From a virus, in IMG/VR virus record IMGVR_UViG_3300021512_000003, positions 17,889-81,888 of that record: a DNA stretch of 64,000 bases; one strand, given 5' to 3'. Position numbers and translations under genes: made by a program. The notes beneath the pieces are model-generated. The model saw nothing but the letters and a program-made list of their open reading frames with translations, searched no databases and had not been told where the DNA came from. Below, piece by piece: positions 10,183-20,696 of the stretch. Within the stretch, counting starts at the first letter, position 1; each line of letters starts with the position of its first letter.

Positions 10183-10680
10183 ATGGTAGAACAGAGTGAG
10201 ATACAGAAGATTGCAGAAGAGGTGTCCTTACAACAAGGTATCCTTGACAAGAAGATTGGAGAGGATGTTTATTCAGTTAAGCTATTACCAGCTACAGTGG
10301 GTGCTTCTGTTGGTTTAAAACTAATCAACTTAGCTCTCCCTATTATAGGTGTAATAGTAGATAAGAGTGGAGAGCAAGAATATGTTCTTCCAGAAGATAA
10401 GAGTATGTGGACAGAAGCCTCTATTCTCTTGGTCAGACAAATGGATCAAGTGGATGTGGTAGACACAATGAAACTCTTACTAAACCAGTCCACCTGTAAC
10501 GGTGTTACGATAGACTTTGATCAGCACTTCGCTGCTAAGTATAGCAGGTTGATCTCTCTTGTAGAGTTTGCTTTGGAGGCCAACTTTAAAGATTTTTTTA
10601 CAGAGTATCTCAAGGGAAAAGGCTTAGATTTGAGTTCCTTGAGAGAGAAGATGACGCTGGGCCAAGCACAACAAGGGTAA
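10183..10680 (+). CDS. tail assembly chaperone
   Basis: Between tube and tape measure; C-terminal NFKDFF. Confidence 0.75.
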   Translation: MVEQSEIQKIAEEVSLQQGILDKKIGEDVYSVKLLPATVGASVGLKLINLALPIIGVIVDKSGEQEYVLPEDKSMWTEASILLVRQMDQVDVVDTMKLLLNQSTCNGVTIDFDQHFAAKYSRLISLVEFALEANFKDFFTEYLKGKGLDLSSLREKMTLGQAQQG

Positions 10681-10886
10681 TACAAGAGACTAAAAAGACT
10701 ATTATTGAAGAGGTTGAGTGGTTGTTCTTCAACACAGTGGCCTCTAAGCATTGCCCTGTTAAAGACCCAAACACACTTAAATGGCAGTACACACTCCCTG
10801 ACTTCCTAAGACTACAGGAGTATGTAGAGATAATGAATGCTCTTGACACAGCCTCATACAAAGACTTAGACCTTAAGAATAAATAA
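10593..10886 (+). CDS. -1 frameshift extension of the tail assembly chaperone (gpGT-like)
   Basis: In-frame slippery heptamers T_TTT_TTT (10593-10599) and G_GGA_AAA (10614-10620); the -1 frame is open to TAA at 10884-10886 and fills the gap before the tape measure gene. Confidence 0.7.
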   Translation, partial: FFYRVSQGKRLRFEFLEREDDAGPSTTRVIQETKKTIIEEVEWLFFNTVASKHCPVKDPNTLKWQYTLPDFLRLQEYVEIMNALDTASYKDLDLKNK

Positions 10887-10896
10887 CAGGAGATTT

Positions 10897-12948
10897 ATGC
10901 CAAACGAGATTAAAGACTGGACTATTAAGCTTGGCATGGATCTTTCTGATGTTGAGAAAGGTCTTAAGAGAATAGACGGCCTATTGGACAAACTCAATAG
11001 GAAGTCAGCCAAGATTGCAGGTGGCTCTGTAAGGGGTTCTGGAGCAAGAGCTACTACAAGTGGTGGGGGTTCTGGCACTGTACACAGGGGCTTAGAGGGT
11101 AGACAGTTTAGGGCTGAGACTAGGATAATGTCTACTGAAGAACGGGGTCAAAACATCTTAAGAAGGATTGACCCAAACACAACAGACGCTCGACTGAAAG
11201 CTATCCGTGAAGAAGTAGGTAAGACTGTCTCTGAGCTAGGCTCTCTTAGGGTTGCTGCCAAGAAAGCTACAACAGGTTTACAGTTTGATAAGATCAGTAG
11301 AAGTGTTGGGCAATTAAACAGGGACTTGGGCGGGATAACACAGAGCTTTAATAGAACTACGAGAGCTATGGAGAGGCAGAAAATAGCTGCCAACGGCCTA
11401 AGAGACAGTATGAGAAACCTTGTTAGGACTTATGCCTCTGTATTTGCAATAGTAGGTGTAGGACGCTCTTTCTTTAGGGTAGGGAAGCAATTAGAGTCGT
11501 TAGACGCAACTTTGTTAGCAGCGTCAGGCTCTACTAAGCAAGCAGCAATCGACTTTGAGTTTATAAGAAGAACCTCCCTTGGCTTAGGTATTGAGTTAAG
11601 AGAAGTGGCTGGAGGTTACGCCAAGATAGGCGCTGCATCAAGAGCCGCTAATTTTAGCACAGCACAAACAAGAGAAATCTTCTTGGCAGCTTCTGAGTCT
11701 GCAAGGTCTTTTGGTCTAAATGCCCAGAGAACTAATTTGGTGTTCTTGGCCTTTGGTCAAATCTTATCGAAAGGTAAGGTTAGTATGGAAGAGCTGCGTA
11801 GGCAGTTGGGTGAGCAGATTCCAGGTGCTTTCCAGATAGCAGCTAGATCCATGAACATGACTACCAAAGAACTGGATAAGATGGTCAGTAGTGGTAAGCT
11901 TTCCTCAGAAGAGTTTCTTCCTAAGTTTGCTGCTGAGTTAAGAAAGACTGTGAGAGAGACTGGTGCACTTGCCGCAAGTTTGAAGAAGGTTGAAGCAGAG
12001 CAACAACGTTTCACTTCTCAAATGCAGTTAAATGTTAAGGCTGGGTTTGAAGCAGGTAAGGGTGGATTCGCAAGCTTCTTTCAAGACCTCTCTGGCGTAC
12101 TACACACCCTCACCCCAGCTTTTAAAGCCTTTGGTAGAGTGTTTGGTGGTACTGTAGCAGTAATAGGTACAGCAGTTAGGCTGCTTATGCCCCTTATCAA
12201 CTTTGTTATAACACCGTTTACAAACTTAATCAATCTCATGGGTGCAGGTTTTAGTGCAGAGAAGTCTATTAAAGACTTAACCCTCCTAGACCGCTCTCTC
12301 AGGGTCATAGGGAATACACTTAAGAGTGTTGTTGGTTTGTTCTTTATTGCATTTGGTCTTGTAGAAGAGTTCAATAAGCTAGTAAGTATAGACGGCTCTG
12401 AGATATTTGCAGAGCAAATAAAGAAGATACATGTAACAATACAAGCTTTTGTAGGCTTCTTAAAAATAGTACCTAATACTATAAAGACTCTTTTAGGTAA
12501 GACTTTTTTAGGCAAGGCTATTTCAGCACTTGGTGGCGCCTTTTCAGGAATAGGTAAGTTTATAGTTACTAAGTTACCGCAAGTATTAGGTAAGGCTTTT
12601 AATGCAGTTTTTCAGGTAGTAAATAAATTACCCCTCTTTGGACTCTTATTTAGGATACCTGCACTAATAAGCAGGATGTCCAGTGGAGACTATGTAGGTG
12701 CAGCTATAGAGGTAGGTGCAGGGGTTGCCTCTTTTGTGCCAGGGACAGGAACTGCTGCTGCTGTCACTGCTGATATAGCACTCTTATTGCGGGACAGGGA
12801 GAGAAGAGCTGCCTCTACAAAAGGCACAGCCCCAGTCTCTGTAACTAGCGTAGTAAACGTAGAAGGCTTAACTGTAGAAGGTGCTGCTGATGTAATTTCA
12901 GAGGAAGTTGTTAACAAGATGCTATCAGGTGTAGCTAGAAATAACTAG
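10897..12948 (+). CDS. tape measure protein
   Basis: 683 aa; QILSKGKVSMEELRRQLGEQIPGA tape-measure motif. Confidence 0.9.
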   Translation: MPNEIKDWTIKLGMDLSDVEKGLKRIDGLLDKLNRKSAKIAGGSVRGSGARATTSGGGSGTVHRGLEGRQFRAETRIMSTEERGQNILRRIDPNTTDARLKAIREEVGKTVSELGSLRVAAKKATTGLQFDKISRSVGQLNRDLGGITQSFNRTTRAMERQKIAANGLRDSMRNLVRTYASVFAIVGVGRSFFRVGKQLESLDATLLAASGSTKQAAIDFEFIRRTSLGLGIELREVAGGYAKIGAASRAANFSTAQTREIFLAASESARSFGLNAQRTNLVFLAFGQILSKGKVSMEELRRQLGEQIPGAFQIAARSMNMTTKELDKMVSSGKLSSEEFLPKFAAELRKTVRETGALAASLKKVEAEQQRFTSQMQLNVKAGFEAGKGGFASFFQDLSGVLHTLTPAFKAFGRVFGGTVAVIGTAVRLLMPLINFVITPFTNLINLMGAGFSAEKSIKDLTLLDRSLRVIGNTLKSVVGLFFIAFGLVEEFNKLVSIDGSEIFAEQIKKIHVTIQAFVGFLKIVPNTIKTLLGKTFLGKAISALGGAFSGIGKFIVTKLPQVLGKAFNAVFQVVNKLPLFGLLFRIPALISRMSSGDYVGAAIEVGAGVASFVPGTGTAAAVTADIALLLRDRERRAASTKGTAPVSVTSVVNVEGLTVEGAADVISEEVVNKMLSGVARNN

Positions 12949-12956
12949 GAGGTCTG

Positions 12957-13583
12957 GTGGGGTTATACTATATAAAAACAAAAGAGGGTACTGTATATGA
13001 GCTTGATTCAACAAACTCTATACAAATATCTCTCCCATCACAAGCAACAAGGTTCCCTGTAGAGAGTGGGTCAGTTGTGTCAGATCATTATGTTAATAAG
13101 AACATAACAGCCCAGTTCAGTGGAACTGTCTCCTCTATCAAGAGTGTCAGGTTACAGCCACAGAGAGATAAAACACACAAATTAGTTCATAAATCTCCAC
13201 AAGACTATATTAAAGGTTTGTATGAGATAAGAGACTCTAAGGAGAGTTTTACACTCTACTACAGTAATGATCTCAACCCAATCCTTAATTGTGTTTTTGA
13301 AGTGTTGTCTATTAGCCAAAACCAGAACAGAGGCTCTGTTGGCAAGGACTCTAGCTACACTGTCTCTTTTACGGCAATACAGATAAGGTTTGCTTCTCCT
13401 TCACAGGTTATGTCTGAACCTAGGACTGAGTTTGTAGATCTGTTTTCAAAACAACAGTCAGGGGCAGGAGCAACTGACGAACCAACGGCAGACAAGGAAG
13501 GCACCCTTGATAAGGGTGTTAGGTTGTTCAAAGATCCATTTTTAGACAGTGCAAGAGTAACAGGCTTAGTAGGAGGAAGTTGA
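12957..13583 (+). CDS. baseplate or tail-tube initiator protein
   Basis: TRFPVESGSVVSDH motif; follows the tape measure gene. Confidence 0.7.
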   Translation: MGLYYIKTKEGTVYELDSTNSIQISLPSQATRFPVESGSVVSDHYVNKNITAQFSGTVSSIKSVRLQPQRDKTHKLVHKSPQDYIKGLYEIRDSKESFTLYYSNDLNPILNCVFEVLSISQNQNRGSVGKDSSYTVSFTAIQIRFASPSQVMSEPRTEFVDLFSKQQSGAGATDEPTADKEGTLDKGVRLFKDPFLDSARVTGLVGGS

Positions 13584-13915
13584 TGCCATTAACTCTAAAC
13601 GTACCTAACACAGCACACTCCTTACAGACTGTATCTCTTGGTGGTATAGATTATGACATCACTTACACCTACAACACAAGAGATTCTCGTTGGAGGATGG
13701 ACATAAGTAAGCAAGGTGTTGTTGTTAAGTCAGGGATAAAGATTATGGAGAATCAGTCACTCCTAGGGAGATACCTCCTCAGTAATTTCGAGCATGGGGA
13801 TATATTCTGTGTAAGGGTGGAGAAAGACAGTTCTAATGTAGGACGAGACAACTTAGGTTTAGATAAAGCCTATGAGTTGGTGTATTACACAAACGAAGAA
13901 CTAAGTCAACTCTAG
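13580..13915 (+). CDS. small baseplate protein
   Basis: YTYNTRDSRWRMDI motif; gene order. Confidence 0.65.
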   Translation: MMPLTLNVPNTAHSLQTVSLGGIDYDITYTYNTRDSRWRMDISKQGVVVKSGIKIMENQSLLGRYLLSNFEHGDIFCVRVEKDSSNVGRDNLGLDKAYELVYYTNEELSQL

Positions 13916-13926
13916 GGGAGAGGGAG

Positions 13927-15012
13927 ATGTCTGATGTTTTCATTAGAAGCTATGAGCTAAGTATTGGTAGTAAGCAAAAGATGTTAGAGCTTGCAGTTTC
14001 TCCTTTGCTAATAAGACCCTCTTTACGATCAGGTTTAAGTAAGGGGCGATTAAGCCCAGACAAACCCTCACTCGGTAAGTATAGGGACTACTTAACAGTC
14101 CAGCCTGGGGAAACAACACTAAAGATAAAAGACTTACAGATAACAGCAGACATAAAGTACCTAGGCAGTATGTCTACTAATAATGATCAAACCTCCACTA
14201 TCAAGATATACAACATAGCCCCATCAAGGCTAAAGTATATTGAGGATAACGGAATTGTATTACTGAAGGCTGGCTATGTACAAAATGCTGAACTCCCCCT
14301 TGTCTTCACGGGACAGATTGAAACACACCACACAAGAAAACAAGGGCAAGATCAAGTTACCACTCTTTTCTGTAAAGACCACCACATCACTCTAGGAAAC
14401 TCCCGGGTGAGCCTTCATTGGGGGAAGCCCTCTAAAGGGAAGACGTTGACATACAGAGATGTGTTGGAGGACTTGATAGAGGAAGCTAAGGTTAGAGGAG
14501 TACCTCTAGGAGGATTCTACCCCCATTCAAAACCACTCCAACCAACCCAAGAAGCTCTGGCTTTAAACCTAGATGGCTTCACTGGTGCTGCTCTAACCGT
14601 ACACAAGATAGATGCACCCCTCCCTAATGGATACAATGCCGAAGGAAAGCTCTTAGATGAGATACAAGAGCTTTGTAACGACATTGACTACAGGATGTAC
14701 CTTTCTCTTGGAAGTCTCTATGTAGAGCCTAAAACAGCCCCAGAAAGGGTAGAGGTTATCACCTTAGATAACTCACAGATAAAGAGCATTAAACCCCAGA
14801 ATGATTCTTCTACTAAGAGCCTTTCCTCAAAAGATAAGAAGAAGGGTGTTGTTGTTGACATGCTGTTGAATGGAAGTGTTAGCTTAAAAACTGTTGTGAA
14901 GATAAAAGAAGGTGAGTACAAGGGGAGTTACAAAGTAGACACTGTTACTCACAAGCTGGACTACGAGGGTGGAAGCTGGGATACCAGCATCAAGACCACT
15001 CAGGGAGGTTGA
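13927..15012 (+). CDS. baseplate hub protein
   Basis: IKIYNI, LKAGY, VFTGQI and YKVDTVTHKLD..GGSW motifs. Confidence 0.75.
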   Translation: MSDVFIRSYELSIGSKQKMLELAVSPLLIRPSLRSGLSKGRLSPDKPSLGKYRDYLTVQPGETTLKIKDLQITADIKYLGSMSTNNDQTSTIKIYNIAPSRLKYIEDNGIVLLKAGYVQNAELPLVFTGQIETHHTRKQGQDQVTTLFCKDHHITLGNSRVSLHWGKPSKGKTLTYRDVLEDLIEEAKVRGVPLGGFYPHSKPLQPTQEALALNLDGFTGAALTVHKIDAPLPNGYNAEGKLLDEIQELCNDIDYRMYLSLGSLYVEPKTAPERVEVITLDNSQIKSIKPQNDSSTKSLSSKDKKKGVVVDMLLNGSVSLKTVVKIKEGEYKGSYKVDTVTHKLDYEGGSWDTSIKTTQGG

Positions 15013-15015
15013 GAA

Positions 15016-15687
15016 GTGATTAATCCAAGCGAAGCTTTTGGAACGTTGCTTAAAGACTTTGCAAGACAAAGACTATACACAGCTATCCCTGCTGTAGTAG
15101 AGGCAGTGAATGATTTTGGTAAAGATCAAACAGTAGATGTTAGACCTGTTATTACGAGAGTCTACGATGATGGTGTGATTCAACAGCCTGGTATTGTTGC
15201 AGGTGTCCCTGTTGTATATCCCTCTGGTGGTGGTGGGATGTTGTCCTTCCCTATAGAGAGGGGTGATACAGTATTAGTTGTTTACTCTATGAGGAGTATT
15301 GATGATTGGTTAGAGAGTAGTGGTGGAGCGATAACTCAAATCCCTACAACCAACAGGCATCATAACCCCACAGACGCAATAGCAATACCTGGCCTGTACA
15401 CTAAGAAGAGTAACCTTTCTCCTAACACAAAAGATGTCGAGCTTAAGTTCAATAACCTGTCTTTCAGGTTAGAGAAGAGTAGTGGTGATATGGTGTTAGA
15501 GAATCCAAGTCATTCACTGAAGCTTAAAGCAGATGGCAGTGTGTTGCACTCCTCTGGTGCTCAGATAACAGCAGAAGGTGACTTCATCACTGCTACAGGG
15601 GTGTCTTTAAACTTACACGTACATGCACAAGCAAATGATTCAGATAACAACGTACAAGTGCCTACATTCCCACCTACCGTGATATAG
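15016..15687 (+). CDS. baseplate central spike (Gp138/gpV-like)
   Basis: VPVVYPSGGG, FPIERGD, RHHNPTDAIAIPG and C-terminal HVH metal-binding motif. Confidence 0.85.
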   Translation: MINPSEAFGTLLKDFARQRLYTAIPAVVEAVNDFGKDQTVDVRPVITRVYDDGVIQQPGIVAGVPVVYPSGGGGMLSFPIERGDTVLVVYSMRSIDDWLESSGGAITQIPTTNRHHNPTDAIAIPGLYTKKSNLSPNTKDVELKFNNLSFRLEKSSGDMVLENPSHSLKLKADGSVLHSSGAQITAEGDFITATGVSLNLHVHAQANDSDNNVQVPTFPPTVI

Positions 15688-15703
15688 AGGTGCAGAGAAG
15701 CTT

Positions 15704-16153
15704 ATGGTAGATATATTTATAGACCCTCTTACACACGACATAAGTCTAGAAGATAATCAGATGAGGCTTACAGCGTCTGTTGAAGAGCTTACGAGACAGA
15801 AGGTAGCTGTAACACTTCTTGCCTTTAGGGGAGAGTGGTTTGCTAATCAAACATATGGAGTACCTTACCTACAACAAGGAACTAACACACTCCAACTTCT
15901 TGGGAAGACTAATAAGAATATTGCAGACACAGAGATAAAGGATGCAATCCTTACAAGAGATGGCGTAGTTAGTATTACTAAATATGAATCTTCTTTAGAC
16001 AGTCAAAGAAATCTTATAGTCTCAGCTGAAGTATTAACTGAAACAGGGGAGACAGTGACTATAGTGTTTGACATTACAGAAGGTATTCCAGCATACACAG
16101 GCGCTATTGCTGGTATTGCTATAGCAGGTGTAGCCATTGCAGGGACAATTTGA
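15704..16153 (+). CDS. baseplate wedge protein (gp25-like)
   Basis: FRGEWF...YGVPY motif. Confidence 0.75.
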   Translation: MVDIFIDPLTHDISLEDNQMRLTASVEELTRQKVAVTLLAFRGEWFANQTYGVPYLQQGTNTLQLLGKTNKNIADTEIKDAILTRDGVVSITKYESSLDSQRNLIVSAEVLTETGETVTIVFDITEGIPAYTGAIAGIAIAGVAIAGTI

Positions 16154-16171
16154 TGAAGAGGTACAATAGTT

Positions 16172-16552
16172 GTGATTAGTTATTCCTCTGAACTAGCCCT
16201 TAAAAAGGAGAAGTTAGGGTTGTGGTCTTTAAAACAAGACTTCACATTCTCTTATAACAACAAACAGTACGTTATTAAAAATAATTTTTTAACTGATCTT
16301 GCTAGTGTACCTTTTCCGCTATCGTTGTGGCTGAAGCCTGATGGAGTATATAAAGAGTCTGCTGTTATACATGATTGGTTCTTAAAGGAGATGTACAACG
16401 GTAACTTAAACATCTCTCGTAAGTATGCTTCTAACGCCTTCCTCGCTAGTCTCCGGTATCAAAATATACCAATGTATAAAATAATCATCCTTTACTCTGG
16501 TGTCCGGTTGTACGACTTCTGTAAATATCTACAAAAGGATTTATTAAAATGA
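16172..16552 (+). CDS. DUF1353-family protein
   Basis: FLTDLASVP and AVIHDW motifs. Confidence 0.8.
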   Translation: MISYSSELALKKEKLGLWSLKQDFTFSYNNKQYVIKNNFLTDLASVPFPLSLWLKPDGVYKESAVIHDWFLKEMYNGNLNISRKYASNAFLASLRYQNIPMYKIIILYSGVRLYDFCKYLQKDLLK

Positions 16553-16584
16553 AGGGAAAGACAATGTTATTTAGGGGGCAGTAA

Positions 16585-17478
16585 GTGACAGATACAGTAT
16601 TCCAGAACGGCGTAACAATAGTTGAGGCTGATTGGCTCAATGATGTAAATAGAGTCCAGTATACAATAGCTGGTAATCCAGTAGATTTAGCAGAGATGCA
16701 GGTAAACCTAGGTATTTCTTCTAAAGCTAATATCTCTGGTGACGTGGCGCAGGATTTTGCAGCAAAAGATTTAGTAGCTACTGGAGACATCACGTTAGGC
16801 ACAAATAATACCAGCGCCTTACGGGTGACCGACACCGCGGGGGAACGGATCGATGCTATCCGGATGGACTCGTTCGACAATTTGCGGATTGGCGATTCTT
16901 CTGGCGTCGATTTTCTTCAGATCGACTCACTGTTTGACCAAAAATTTAATATTGCGGGGTCAGAGGGGTTTAGGGTAACCGGCACGGGGTCAAAAACCAC
17001 CGGGGTGCATGAGGTCACTTCCGGTGTTAAGTTCCCCTCAACACAAGTGCCAAGTGCAGACCCTAACACGCTGGATGATTACGAGGAAGGGACATGGACG
17101 CCTTCTTTAAGTGGCTCCGTGACCGCAGGGGACACCACATATATTACTCAAAATGGATGGTACACAAAAAATGGGAATGTCGTAACCGTACAGGGTCGAA
17201 TAACGGTAGACCTAAAAGGCACCTTAGATGGTCTTGTGCAGATAGACAGCCTTCCCTTTACATCATCCAGTATAAGTAACTCTTACGGAACATGCACAAT
17301 CAGCTTTGCGGAGGGTTTGGCTATTACTGCCGGGGAGAGTATAACGGGATTTGTTCAGCAGGGTGCTACTTTTATTCGCTTGCGGATTTGGAACGCTGCT
17401 ACAGGGAGTGTGTACTACGATGACGCTGGGCTAACAGACGGCGCGGACTTTATGTTTGTTGCGGTATACAAGGTATAA
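16585..17478 (+). CDS. tail fibre-like protein
   Basis: ADWLNDVN N-terminus; NTLDDYEEGTWTP and YTKNGNVV C-terminal fibre domain. Confidence 0.7.
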   Translation: MTDTVFQNGVTIVEADWLNDVNRVQYTIAGNPVDLAEMQVNLGISSKANISGDVAQDFAAKDLVATGDITLGTNNTSALRVTDTAGERIDAIRMDSFDNLRIGDSSGVDFLQIDSLFDQKFNIAGSEGFRVTGTGSKTTGVHEVTSGVKFPSTQVPSADPNTLDDYEEGTWTPSLSGSVTAGDTTYITQNGWYTKNGNVVTVQGRITVDLKGTLDGLVQIDSLPFTSSSISNSYGTCTISFAEGLAITAGESITGFVQQGATFIRLRIWNAATGSVYYDDAGLTDGADFMFVAVYKV

Positions 17479-17481
17479 AAT

Positions 17482-18078
17482 ATGATCACTAAACGGTATG
17501 AACAGAAGCTAGAAATTATGGACGATGGCCGGATTCAATGTTTGTTATCTACAATCGTAATCATGGATGGAGTAGAGATGGCTCCGAAGTTCCATCGTCA
17601 TGTTGTTGATGTTGATGATGACCTGACCAATCAATCAGAGCGGGTTAAAGCTATCGCCCCTTTGATCTGGACGCAAGAAGTAAAAGCCGCGAGGTCAACA
17701 TTCAAAGCCAATCCAGAAGCCACAACAGCTATAACCCAAGGCATTGTAGAGAAAACTAAGGCAATCAATCACGTCCTACCAAGCGGGGCAATCGTCCAGC
17801 AAGTGTTCGATATTGTAGAAGAGGACGGGGTAGAGGTTGGGATAGCCGCGCGGCCTAACAAATTGATTGACGTAGAAGCAGACACTACAAACGAATCTGA
17901 GCAAGTTAAAGGTTTGGCGCTTGGCACATGGAATCAAGAAGTAAAGGCCGCAGCTAATGCACGAAGGATCGCCACTATTGCAGAAAAAGGTAAGGCACTT
18001 CCTGAAGTGGTAGCGACAGCGAAAGCCAAGGCTAAGGAAGACACTGATTCTGTAGCAGGGAAAGCAGCAAGGACATAA
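17482..18078 (+). CDS. fibre-associated protein with an internally duplicated domain
   Basis: Two copies of IV.DGVE...DV..D.TN.SE.VK..A...W.QEVKAA. Confidence 0.55.
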   Translation: MITKRYEQKLEIMDDGRIQCLLSTIVIMDGVEMAPKFHRHVVDVDDDLTNQSERVKAIAPLIWTQEVKAARSTFKANPEATTAITQGIVEKTKAINHVLPSGAIVQQVFDIVEEDGVEVGIAARPNKLIDVEADTTNESEQVKGLALGTWNQEVKAAANARRIATIAEKGKALPEVVATAKAKAKEDTDSVAGKAART

Positions 18079-18106
18079 CAGAGTACAACTACTTTAGGGG
18101 GAGAGG

Positions 18107-19558
18107 ATGGCTGGACTGAGTAGTGACGGTTTAACTATAAAAAGATTACCAGAGATTATTGATGAAATAACTACCTCCGAAAGGAATAACATTTCTTCTA
18201 ACATCTCAACAGAAGATGATGAAGTCTTAGGACAACTAAACAACATTATTGGAACGTCTCTTGCAGAGCTTTGGGAGCTAGTTGAGTCAGTTAATGACAA
18301 CTTTAATGTAGATAAGGCAGAAGGTAGAAACTTAGACGACCTTGCAGCCTTAGTAGGTATTTCTCGGATTGCTGCCTTAAAGACAACAGGCTCTGCAAGA
18401 TTTACCGGAGTTGACGGCTCTGTAGTCCCTCTTGGAGCTTTAGCACAGAACCCTGTGAGTCTTGATAGGTTTCTAACAACAGAGGTGGTGAACATACAAG
18501 CAACTGCTTGCTATGCTGCAACTATAACACCAGCACAAGTGTTAGACTCTACCTTGTATCGACTCACTATCAACACAACAGATTACGATTTCACCACCAC
18601 TGGCTCTGCAACGGATGTTCAGATCATACAAGGACTACAGGGGCTTATTGCTGTAGATACAGCAGCAACATGGATAGCAACACTAAACACAGAGAGTACA
18701 CTCCTAACAATAACAACAGATGATCCTAATGACATCTCTATTATAACCACCACGCTATTGACAGCAGATAGCGTTACGGTAGACGGTAGTATAGAGGCAG
18801 AGATTGCAGGGGCTGTTATTGCTCCTCCCAACTCAGTGATCTCTGTAGTGAGTAGTGTTGCTGGATGGGATGAAGTTACTAACCCAGAAGCCTTGACTGC
18901 AGGCAGAGCAGAAGAGTTAGACGAAGAGCTTAGGCTCCGTATAAGGGTGAGTCAGCAGATCAATGGTCTCTCTACAGTAGATGCTATTGAAGATGTAGTG
19001 TCCACTGTAGCAGGGGTGTCTAGTGTTCAGGTGATTGAGAATGTCACTCTCGTAACAGACGCTTTCGGAAGACCCGCTAAGAGCTTTGAGACGCTTGTAG
19101 ACGGCGGTACAGACTTAGACGTAGCTCAGGCTATATGGGTCTCAAAAGCAGCAGGAATAGCCACGTATGGAGGCTTAAGCGTAAGTGTTATTGATAGTAA
19201 GGGAAGACAGCGTGATGTTAACTTCTCAAGACCAGAAGACATCTACCTTGCCTTTAGGATAACCTATAGTTTGTATGATGAGGAAACCTTTCCAACAGAG
19301 GGTGAGCAGGCTATAAAAGATGCTGTTGTTGCTACAACCTCCCTACTACAACTAGACGAGGATGTAATCCCCTCTAGGTATTACGGCCCAATCTACAATG
19401 CTGTATCTGGTATTGATTCCTTAACTGTAGAAGTGCAAGCACTGGTTAACCAAGGTGACACCCCTTCAGGTGGTTCTTGGCAAACTACAAAACTTGCTAT
19501 ATCGTTTAACGGTAGAGGGACTACAGTAGACACAGATATAACAATAGTAGCGGTGTAG
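18107..19558 (+). CDS. baseplate J-like wedge protein
   Basis: AEGRNLDDLAAL, VTNP..LTAGRAEELDEELRLR and KAAGIATYG motifs. Confidence 0.9.
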   Translation: MAGLSSDGLTIKRLPEIIDEITTSERNNISSNISTEDDEVLGQLNNIIGTSLAELWELVESVNDNFNVDKAEGRNLDDLAALVGISRIAALKTTGSARFTGVDGSVVPLGALAQNPVSLDRFLTTEVVNIQATACYAATITPAQVLDSTLYRLTINTTDYDFTTTGSATDVQIIQGLQGLIAVDTAATWIATLNTESTLLTITTDDPNDISIITTTLLTADSVTVDGSIEAEIAGAVIAPPNSVISVVSSVAGWDEVTNPEALTAGRAEELDEELRLRIRVSQQINGLSTVDAIEDVVSTVAGVSSVQVIENVTLVTDAFGRPAKSFETLVDGGTDLDVAQAIWVSKAAGIATYGGLSVSVIDSKGRQRDVNFSRPEDIYLAFRITYSLYDEETFPTEGEQAIKDAVVATTSLLQLDEDVIPSRYYGPIYNAVSGIDSLTVEVQALVNQGDTPSGGSWQTTKLAISFNGRGTTVDTDITIVAV

Positions 19559-19561
19559 CTT

Positions 19562-20332
19562 ATGGCCTTACCTAGAGTTTTTAATCACTTAGAGCAAGGG
19601 TCAGAAAGGCTGCTTTGGCAGTGGAGAAACTCTCCTAATCTAAAGGGACTCCTTCAAAGCTACATGGAGAGTGTACAGGAAGTAGAGACCACACTCTTTC
19701 AAATGCTAAACGCAAGGGGCTTAGATACAGCAACAGGAGAACAGCTAGACATCCTTGGGAAGATTATTGGAGAGCCTAGGACAGGAAGAAGTGATGAAGT
19801 CTACAGAGAAGCCCTTAAGCAGAGGGTGGTGGTTAATAATGCTGATGGGTCTACTGAGGTTGTATTAGAACTTATTCAGCTTGTTACAGGTGCTTCAAGA
19901 GTTACCTTCTTTGAGCACTACCCCGCATCACTAATACCTTTTGCAACAAGTGAACCTTCACTAGAAACCCTCTTACTGATGGTTAAGGCTAAGTCGGCAG
20001 GGGTCAGATTAACACAGATGTTGTTTGACCCAACAGATGCTACAGTGATACCTCAAGAAGTAGGGGATGTCTCCGGAGGCAACCTTGTAACAGATGTAGG
20101 TGACCTTATTGTTGATGACAATGGAAATAATATCTCTGTAACTGTATATGGCACAGTAAGCCCTGGCTTATCCCCACTAGCTTCGACTAATGACCCACCA
20201 GGAACCAGTGCGCTCGCTTCTGTTGTATCTTTTGAGATACCAATTTCTGAGGCTACCATCTTAGTAGATAACAACGGTAATGAGATAGTAGATGATAACA
20301 GCAACCAAATACAAATAGTAATCCCAGACTAA
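19562..20332 (+). CDS. baseplate wedge protein (DUF2612-like)
   Basis: QWRNSPNL and TATGEQLDILGKIIG..R..RSDEVYR motifs. Confidence 0.8.
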   Translation: MALPRVFNHLEQGSERLLWQWRNSPNLKGLLQSYMESVQEVETTLFQMLNARGLDTATGEQLDILGKIIGEPRTGRSDEVYREALKQRVVVNNADGSTEVVLELIQLVTGASRVTFFEHYPASLIPFATSEPSLETLLLMVKAKSAGVRLTQMLFDPTDATVIPQEVGDVSGGNLVTDVGDLIVDDNGNNISVTVYGTVSPGLSPLASTNDPPGTSALASVVSFEIPISEATILVDNNGNEIVDDNSNQIQIVIPD

Positions 20333-20335
20333 GGA

Positions 20336-20680
20336 GTGGATATGGCTACTAGACCAACTGATGATTTTGTGTGGGCCACTGACAGTATCACTGAGCCTGT
20401 CTCAGGCTTACCTAACAAGACGGCCCCAACACCAGAGCTTGCTGCTTCTGGTCTCATAGGTAATGAGAATCTAGGCAGACAACACTACAACTACTTATTG
20501 AATAACCTCGCTGGGTGGGTTGCTCACTTAGACGAGAGGCACTCTACGGGGGACTTTGTGTTGGCAGATAGTAGTGAGACAGCTACAACAATTAATGCAA
20601 GATTAGGCGGTACTTGGAGTGATAAAGGGACGGACACCATAGCAGGTGAGGCAGTCCGTCTATTTAAGAAAACAGCATAA
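20336..20680 (+). CDS. tail fibre attachment or short fibre protein
   Basis: RQHYNYLLNNL N-terminal fibre-type motif. Confidence 0.55.
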   Translation: MDMATRPTDDFVWATDSITEPVSGLPNKTAPTPELAASGLIGNENLGRQHYNYLLNNLAGWVAHLDERHSTGDFVLADSSETATTINARLGGTWSDKGTDTIAGEAVRLFKKTA

Positions 20681-20696
20681 GAGAGGGTAAATAAGA

